Source: Puniceicoccaceae bacterium (GTDB lineage Bacteria > Verrucomicrobiota > Verrucomicrobiia > Opitutales > Oceanipulchritudinaceae). Taken from it: 58,286 nt of DNA. The stretch spans positions 1 through 58,286 of the forward strand of contig JBFOMH010000033.1 in assembly GCA_040830765.1 (NCBI GenBank). Direction: 5' to 3'. This document shows positions 1 through 9,700 of the stretch, in pieces (positions within the stretch are counted from its first letter, which is position 1; every line of letters starts with the position of its first letter). A program made the position numbers and the translations under genes. The notes below the pieces were generated by a model. It was not told the DNA's origin. It worked only from the letters and a program-made list of their open reading frames with translations, and made no database searches.

Positions 1-790
1 ACCGATGGGGGAGAGCCTGAGTTGGTGAAGGATATCAATCCAGGGTCCGCCTCCTCAACTCCTTTGGACTTAACGGTTTTCGGCGAGTGGTTGTATTTCG
101 ATGCCTTGGTTGGCAGTAATCGTGAGCTTTGGCGCACCGATGGAGGAGAGCCCGAATTGGTGAAAGATATCAATCTAGGGTCCGCTGCCGTTTTCGGGGA
201 TTGGCTCTATTTCAGTCCCGATGATGGAGCAAATGATCGTGAGCTTTGGCGCACTGATGGGGGAGAGCCTGAATTCGTGAAAGATCTTAATCTGGGCGCT
301 GCCGCCGTTTATGGCAAGTGGCTGTATTTCAATGCCGCTGACGGAGTCAATGGTCGTGAGCTTTGGCGCACCGATGGAGGAGAGCCTGAATTGGTTAAAG
401 ATATCAGTTCAGGGTCTTCCTCCTCCGATCCTTTACGGTTTACAGTTGTCGGGGATTGGTTGTATTTCAGAGCCTGGGACAGAGTCAATGGGGGTGAGCT
501 CTGGCGCACCGATGGGGGAGAGCCCGAATTGGTAAAGGATATCAATCCAGGACTCGCCTCCTCCAACCCTTTTGGCTTAACCGATTTCGGAGAGTGGTTG
601 TACTTCAGTGCCACCGACGGAATTAATGGTATTGAGCTCTGGCGCACCGATGGGGGAGAGCCTGAATTAGTAAAAGATATCAATCCAGGGTCCGCCTCCT
701 CTATTCCTCGTGAATTAACGGTTTTCGGGGAGTGGTTGTATTTCGATGCCGATGACGATGTTAATGGTATTGAGCTTCGAAGGCTCAGTT
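1..790 (+). repeat. Intragenic tandem ELWxxDGT repeat block 1 (117/138-bp units)
   Basis: ELW codons start at 124, 241, 358, 496 and 634, with a degenerate ELR at 772. Near-identical DNA of the form tggcgcaccgatggNggagagcc. Confidence 0.9.
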
Positions 791-3700
791 TGGAGAATGT
801 TGCAATTGTCAAGCCGGTCACAAACACGGACGATGTTCCGATTGAGAACGGTTCGATTGTCCAGGAAGTGACGACCATTCCGGGAGAGACTTATGTGGTG
901 CAGATTGATGTACCGATTACCTACAGTTTCTGGAAGTTGGCCCATACTACCGATTTTGATGCCGGAGCCCCGGATCCCTATCAAGAGGTTCTTACCATCA
1001 TTGACTGGAATGATGAGAGCGGAGGGACATATGTCGGAACCTTTGAAGCCGAGGCAGAGACGACGAATCTGCTGCTCATGGTTCTGCCTGACCCGGTCGG
1101 CACAACGCTCTTTGACAATGTGATTGTCGCTCTTCCTGAGGAAGAGGGGCTTTTGAATGCAGATTTTGGAATCGTGAACGGTCAGTCCAATCAAGCTTCG
1201 GTAACGGAGATGGGCTACTACAGTCTCAGGACCGACAATGATATACTGTCCGCTTCTTCGAATCCTTCCCCCGAATTTGGAACCGTCGCACTCAACCCTT
1301 ATCCCTACGCGATCCCAAGGCCTATGGCGTCGCCGGTTCAGTACAAGGAAATTGCTCTTGATGGAAGTGATGGTATGGCAATCGACGGGTCTGACGTCAG
1401 GCCACTTTCCGGTGAAACCCTTGAGGCGGGGTTGCACCAGTCAATGCCCTTGGGAGATATAAATGGGGACGGGTTTGACGATTTCCTCTTTTTCGATACC
1501 AAAACGGGATATATCACCCTCGGCCCCCTTTTGTCGGACAGCCTCAACATGGTGAGGGATAAGGCAGATATTATCGTTGATTTTGAATCCCTTGGCAGGC
1601 CAGCCGAGCGGATGGGGGATATTAACGGGGATGGATTAGACGACCTGGTTTTCGTCAGTAAAGGACCATTCAATGCTGGCTTGATTACAATTGTACTGGG
1701 TAAGGCTGCTGAATGGGCGCGTGAGCTCTCGGAAGCATCAACTGATCACCAGATGCTAAGGATCATCAACAGCGGTATACCTGAGGACATAGAGGTACAG
1801 TCACTTAATTTCGACGGGGATGAATTTGATGATATTCTCATCAGCTACAAGAGCATACCGTCCGGGTTGCAAAATGGCGACTTCGATCAGAACAGTTCAG
1901 GTTGGCGGACGGGGGGTTATAGTGCGTCTTATTCCGCCGGTGGAGGCCTTGTTCTAGCAACCAACCCCTTCATCCCCCAAGGCTACTTTTATCAGTATAT
2001 ACCAACCGTCCCGGGCAGAACTTACACGGTTGCTGGGACAGTCTCCAATCCTGACGATCCAAGCGCTGCCACAACGAATGCTGATTGGGTGGTTGAATTT
2101 GGTAATGATGTTATTACTGGCAATAACACAGGTGAATTCACAAGTACGATTATTGCGTCAGGAACCCTTACCTTGCTGAGGCTTTCCATCTCGGAAAATA
2201 CTGACATCTCATTACCAGCTCCGGCAGCTCTATTCGATAACCTATCTATGACAAGAAATGCGGGGATCGTTTTTGCCGGCAATGAATTGGCCACTGCTGG
2301 TACGCTGAACGGACTCGAAAATGAACACATTCTATTCAACATCAAGGATGATGAACCAAATAGGGATGCTAACTTAACCGCCTCCAACATAGGCGATGTT
2401 AATGGCGATGGTACAGATGATATTCTTATCCTGGATTCCCAATATTTGATCGGAAGTGATTGGTTTAACAAAGCTGGAACGTCTTTTGATACGGCCAATT
2501 TTGGCCGGGCCTACCTGATTCCTGGTCAAGGTGGAGTTAGCAGTGGCTCGTCCATCTCGCTCAGTGATGAAAGCATCGCTATCTGGCAGGACTTCGGCCT
2601 CGGGGACCGGGCCGTTCCTCTGGGCGATATTAATCGAGATGGCTATGATGACTTTGCCTTGAAGCGCCTCCTTGACAACCCATCCGCGGCTGGAGGGGAA
2701 TCCTATTTCGGCTCATTGTTTGTCATTTACGGTGCCCCTGATCTCAAGGGTGTTTCGCAGGAGACAAATGACTGGACCGTTGCCTTTTCTGGTGAAAACC
2801 GGGCGGATGGGATTATCATTACGCGATCTCCGCAGATTGGATTTGAAGACGGCTTTTATTACCATGGCCCGTTGGAAATATCATCGGGTGATTTCAATGG
2901 TGATGGGATTATAGACCTCGTTATTGGTGAACCGGTCAGGGAAATCTCCACCAGTAACGATGTGGAACCGCTGTTTGAGGAGTCGGATTTACGCGGCAGG
3001 ATTCATATTCTATTTCTTGATGAAACATATGCACATGGAGTGCATCTCGTTTCGCTGGACGAGGCCGATTTGGTCTTCGAAGGAGGACAGCCTGGGGATA
3101 TGTTTGGCACTCTGCCAACCGCCCCTGTCGGGGATATCAACAACGACGGTCTCGATGATGTATTTGTGGGTGCATCAGGATATGATGTTGTTGGGGAAGA
3201 AGTCATCCTTGATGCAGGCGCAATATACCTTGCCTCGGGTGCCCGCGGGGAATGGCAGAGCGGGCCTCCGCAGAGTGAAACGCTGAGTAATTTGAGTGTC
3301 ACAGGTAGTGGCAATTTCCTTGTGGAAACCGACGATCCCTTCAGTGGCGTTCTTCCAGTTGGCGATGCAGATATCTGGTACCGGTTTGTCACCCTCGGGG
3401 ATGGGCGCGGGGATGACTTCATAAGCCTCACGCCTGCCAATGAGCCGGAACGGTCCATTGACTTGGAAGGCATTTCCCAGGATTTCGAAAATAATGGAGT
3501 CCGGGCGGAATATTTCCAATTCGATCTTTCGCCACTTCTTCGCTATCTAGATCAACCGGAGCGGCTCACAGAGGTACGATTGACGCTGGCTGTGGAAAAT
3601 CTCTTCGGAACAAATTTTACCCTGGAAATTGGATTGATTGACGAGGAGGGGGATGGAACGCTCTCTGAAGAACCCGACACAATGGGATCCCTGCTGGAAT

Positions 3701-6700
3701 TCGTGCCTAATCCTTCCTCTGGATTACTGGAAATCGAACTTGGCACGGGTTGGTTGCTTGATGCCTTACAGGTCGGCAATACGCGGGTGACACTGCGCAT
3801 CACGAATAACTACAATGTCTTCGCCGTGGACACCATCGGCGGGGAATTGGCCGCGAAATTGGTGGTAGACGTTGCTCCACAGCCCGGTGTCGTAGCCGAT
3901 CTCTACACCAGTGAGGGTGGTCTTGTTGACTCAGGGAAGTCCCGGATCAGCATGGCCGACTTGCCGGCCGGGGAGTATTTCCTGCGGGTCTATCGTGCTG
4001 AGCAAAAGGTGATTCCCGGGGGAATCAATCCCGGCGCGCTGCCGTCGAATCCATCTGCGATGGTGGAGCTCGATGGTTGGCTTTATTTCACGGCCACCGA
4101 CAGCCAGTCCGGTCGCGAAATCTGGCGGACCAATGGTGATACCACTCGACTCGTGTTTGATATTAATCGGGTTTCAGGTCCCTCCGTTATTGAATCCACT
4201 GAATTAGTGCCATTTGAGGGCTGGATCTACTTTCAGGCCAATGACGGAGTCTCGGGTAATGAGTTGTGGCGGACCAATGGAAGCACTACGGAACGGGTCG
4301 AGGACATTCGGCAGGGTCCCAACTCAAGTAGTCCTTACGACTTTACCCCAATCACTGTTATCTCACCATTTACCGGTGAGGAAAAGTCGTGGCTCTACTT
4401 TGTAGCATATGACACTGTGAGTGGATCCGAGCTGTGGCGTACCGATGGGGAAACAACCGAACTGGCAGAGGATATTATTTCGGGCCCCAGTTCGTCATCC
4501 CCCTATTTGCTGACGCGATTCAACGATGGGTCGAAAGACTGGCTCTATTTCACAGCTTACTCAGGATTCCTGGGTTATGAGCTGTTCCAGACGGACGGCA
4601 ACAACCGGACCCTCTATAATCTTAATTCAGGGTCGGGTGACAGCTTCCCAAGCCTCTATACGGTCCTGAATGACGGCACCAAAGACTGGCTTTACTTTAG
4701 AGCCCGTGACGCGACCTTAGGTTATCAACTGTGGCGTACGGATGGGCAATCGAGTCCAGTGCCGGTAACGAACCTCAATGCCGCGAACGGTGGAATGTCC
4801 CCGACTGACCTTACAGTCTTTGACGACGGTGCCCAAACCTGGCTCTACTTCAAAGGGACGGGTAGTATTGATATAGGGACCCAGCTCTGGCGGACCAATG
4901 GTACAGATCTCGAACTGGTGACAGACCCCTCATCTGGGAATGCAATCAGTGATCTTGATTCCAATCCATCTTTCATGACGCCGTTTGACGGCTATCTCTA
5001 TTTCCGCGCCAATAACGGACAGTTTAATCAGTTATATCGAACAGACGGCAGAACGGTTGAATTGTTCGATGAGATAAATCCAGCGGGATCTTCCGATCCG
5101 AGGGAGTTCAAGGCTTTCGATGGCTGGCTCTATTTCTCTGCCACCAACGATGAAGTGGGCGAGGAAGTCTGGCGTACCAATGGAACCGTTACCGAATTGA
5201 TCACACCGATTGGCAGAGTCGGGGGAATTAATCCGGGGGATGGGGATTCCTCAAATGGGGAGAAGCGGGATTTTGCAGTCTCGGGTGAGTGGCTCTATTT
5301 TGCTGCAGATGACGGAACCAACGGCAAGGAGTTGTGGCGCACCAATGGAACGACAACAGAGCTGATTTCAATTGCCACGGATCCTGCCGCACTGATTCCC
5401 GTAGAAGAGGCAGTATCGCTTGAAATTTCCCTGGTCACCCCCAAACGGGGTGAAGTGCCGCCAACCCGCCTGGACCGGGACAATCTCTTCGGGGGCGATG
5501 GCGATGATGTTTTGGAAGGCGACGAGAACCTGGATGCGCTCTTCGGTGATAGTGGACAGGACATCTTTGTCGGGGAGGCCGTTGAGAGCCGCGACATTGC
5601 CAATAACGAGAGGGAGGGTCGCGAGATTCTCGTCCAACCGGCTTCAGGCGAGGTGAGCAGCGACAGCCGAATCCGTAGCATTGATCCCATCGTGGATATC
5701 CCCGACCGTAACCTCCGGGGGGCCATTGCCGATAGTCTTGGCCGGCCGGTTACCACGGGCTGGGATGGTCTCCCGCTCTCCAAGCTCCCGATCCGGGCCA
5801 GTGACCTGCTTGGACTGCAGCATCTGGACGTTAGCGGCTTCGGTCTGGTAGATGCCAGCTTGCAAGTCGAAGACCTCACAGGCCTCGAACTTGTCACCGG
5901 TCTGGAGACCCTGGCCCTTGACCTCAACAGCATCCGGGACATCAGTCCCCTGCGCACCTTGACCGGACTCCGGGCCCTGAGCCTCGACCAGAATTTGCTG
6001 ACCTCCCTTGATGACCTCGCCCAGCTGACCAATCTGGAATTTCTCAGTTTGGACGACAATGGGGTGTTTGCCAACAAGCGGTATGTTGGAGGTCTGACGA
6101 ATGGAGTCGACGGGTCCACAATCGGACCGGATGGTCGCCTCTATGTGGTCGACGAATCGCTCTACCAGGTTCTCGTCTACGACGATGCCCAGGGACAGTT
6201 TGTTGAATTTGTATCCTTGCCGTCATCCTTCTTCGAGGGCTTGGTCTCGGGTCCTTATTTCTCCCCGCCCGCATTTGATCAGGACGGCAACCTGCATGTG
6301 ATTGGCCGCCTGGGACTTGAAATTGCCAGTATCGTTCTGAGGTTTGACGGCCAGACGGGACAACCCCTGCCGGGGCCAAACGAGGATTCCGATAGCCCCG
6401 TGCTTCTTAGGGTTCCATATTACGCTTGGGATCTGGCTTTTGACACGGATGGCGATCTCTACCTTAGTGACCGCTACAACCCCAGGGTATTGAAGTATTC
6501 CGTTCTTTCAGGTGAAGAAATGGAAACCTTCACACTGGATGATGTGCCGGGAATTATTGGCTTTAAGGGAATCGCATTCGGCCCGGACGGACACCTCTAT
6601 GCAGCCCAGGACAGTACCTTAATCGATTCGTTGCCGGTCATTGTCCGATTCCCCGGGACGGGATTGTCACTGCCCAGTGGGGAAGATGCGGAGATCTACC

Positions 6701-9700
6701 TTGAGTTGTTTGAACAGAACCAATTCTCGGTTGATATTGCTTTTGATCCGGAAGGGCGGCTCTACATCCTGGATGCCTGGAATGACTCCATTTTCCGGGT
6801 CGCTGATCCGGATGCCACCGAACTCCATCTCGAGCAGTTCCTGAAAGGATATGACTTCCTACCGTTCCCGGACTATTTCGATATTTCAGCTGATGGGCGT
6901 TTGTACATTCCCGATGGCTCGGCGATAGCTCAACTGAGTCTTTTCGAGGGCACGCTTGATTCCCTCCGGGGTATCTCGGGACTTAATACCTTAAGCGCCC
7001 GTGGCAATGGTATTGTGGATGTTTCGACAGTTGCTCATTTGAGCAATCTGGAAGTTCTCAATCTCAGGAATAATGCGATCCGTGAAATCGACGTCCTTGC
7101 CAGTCAGTTCATCATCGATAACGGGGATTCAGGGTACTCCGAGGGCGGGGATTATTGGCGAGGCGGGCTGAACCCAAATGCCTATGATGAGGATTATCGT
7201 GTGGTCCCCGGTGATGCCTTCACGACCGGCCAGACGGCAGCTTGGGTTTTTGATAACCTTCCTCAGGGGACGTATCGGGTGATGGTGACCTGGCCCGGAC
7301 ACGACAGTCGCAGCTACGAAGCCACCTATGTCCTTGAATCAGGCAATTCGGTGCTGGGAGAGCATGTGATCAATCAGCAATACGATCCTGCTTCTTTCAC
7401 CGAATCAGACGGCCGCCCGTGGGAGATTTTGGGCACTGTAGTGGTCGAATCAGGTATCCTGACAGTAAGGCTGGAAAATACTGGCTCAGGAAACATTTCG
7501 GCTGATGCCGTCAGAATCCAGTCCGTGACTCGCCTGAATCCCAATCTCAAGTCTGTCAATTTGCTGGAGAATCCTCTCAACAATGCCGCGCAGTTCCTCG
7601 TGGAGGATATTGTAGCTCCTGAGTTGTTGAGGGAGGTTAATGGAGCAGCTCCCGAGATTACCTTGGATACGCTATTCTCACCCTCCACCTTCTTTAATCC
7701 TGAAGATGCCGCCTTATTCTTTGAAGGTTCACTCCTGTATTTGTTGCCGCTGTCCAATTCGGCCTCCCTCAACTCCCTCTCCTTCAATACGAGTGCCCTG
7801 TTCGATTTGGACGGGGACGCCCTTACCGTGAAAGCTGAAAGCAGCCGGCCCGATGTGCTTGTTTCGGTCGAACAAAACAGGTTGATAGAGATCTGGGCCC
7901 GTTCGGATCTCGATGGCCGGGCAACGATAACACTCACGGTCTACGACAGGGAATTCGCGGGACGAACTGGTAAGGTGTCCTTCGATGTGGTCTTTGGTGA
8001 GGACCGTGGTTATGACCGGATCTATAACGACGCCGACCGTGACGGGCAGAAGGATGCCAATGAGCCTGGTCTGGAAGGACTGATCGTCTTCCTCGATGAA
8101 AACCGTAATGGGGTCTTCGATCCTGCTGAGGATCAGGCCACCGTCACGGACTTCAATGGAGCCTACTCCTTCCCCGGATTGATGCCGGGTGATAACGATG
8201 TCGTCGCTTTGCTGGACCGGGACAATCTTGTCGTTGTGGACAGGGAATCCAGTTCCTCGGATGGATTGCTGCGCGCAGGAATATTCGAGAAAATCAATAG
8301 CTTGTTCGATGTGAGCGGCCTCACGGCCCTGAATGGCTGGATTTATTTCAGTGCCTTGGATGGGGTTGTCGGAGAGGAGCTCTGGCGAACCAACGGGGAC
8401 AGGACTGAATTGGTAGAAGATATCAGGCCGGGGTTTGATGACTCCAGTCCCCGGCAATTAACGGTCTTGGGGAACTGGCTCTACTTCTCCGCTAATAATG
8501 GAGTCAACGGATTTGAACTCTGGCGGACAAATGGGGAAATCACTGAATTGGTCAGGGATGTCAACGTGGGCACTGGAAGTTCTGCTCCGGGTGGCTTCGC
8601 CGCCTTGGGGGGCTGGCTTTACTTCACCGCCAATGACGGGTTCACCGGTTATGAACTTTGGCGCACAAATGGAGAAACCACTGAACTGGTCAGGGATATC
8701 AACCTGGGCACTGGAAATTCTAACCCGACTGAGTTCACGGCTTTTGAGGGCTGGCTGTACTTCCAAGCTGATGACGGGATTGCTGGAGATGAAGTCTGGC
8801 GCACCAATGGAGATACCACTGAGTTGGTTAGGGATATCCGTCAAGGCAGTGGGGCCTCTGGCCCAAGTAAATTCACTGTATTTGGGAACTGGTTGTATTT
8901 CACTGCTTTTGACGGTGTTACGGGGCTCGAACTCTGGCGCACCAACGGGGACAGCACAGAATTGGTTAGGGATATCCGCATTGGCGTTGGCGGCTCTGAC
9001 CCTCGTGATCTGACGGTTTTCGGTGATTGGATGTACTTTAGCGCCAGAGATGGTAATATTGGGTCAGAGCTCTGGCGCACCAATGGAAATATCACTGAAT
9101 TGGTGGAAGATATCAATCCGGGTTTCAATGGCAGTCTGCCGAATGATTTTACTCCAGTGGGTGATTGGTTGTATTTCGACGCTAGTGATGGAGTCACCGG
9201 ATTTGAGCTTTGGCGTACCAATGGAAACATAACAGAGCTGGTTAGTGATATCCGCCAAGGCATTGCGAGCTCTAGCCTATATGGTAAAACTGCGTTCGAT
9301 GACCGGGTGTTTTTTGTGGCCTATGATGATATTGCTGGATTTGAGCTCTGGCGGTCAGATGGCACATCCAAGGGGACCGTTCGTGTTACCGACCTTAATC
9401 CTGGTTCATTTTCCTCGTCTATTTTCAACCTGTTTCCTTTAGATGGCCGGCTTTACTTCAGTGCATTTGACGGCCTCTACAACCACGCCACCCACTTCCA
9501 GTCGGGTGTCGTTGTCTCCGCCACCGAGAGCGGTTCCCCGCTGAACGGACCGGTACCGGAGGGCACGGAGATCAGTCTCTCCGCATTCCTGCCCAGCGTG
9601 CCGAATATCCTCTCCATCAACTGGTCGGTGACCTCGCCGGGCCAATCCGAGCCGCTGGCCTTTGACCTGTTTGGTGAGAACTCGCTCTTCGCGACCTTTA

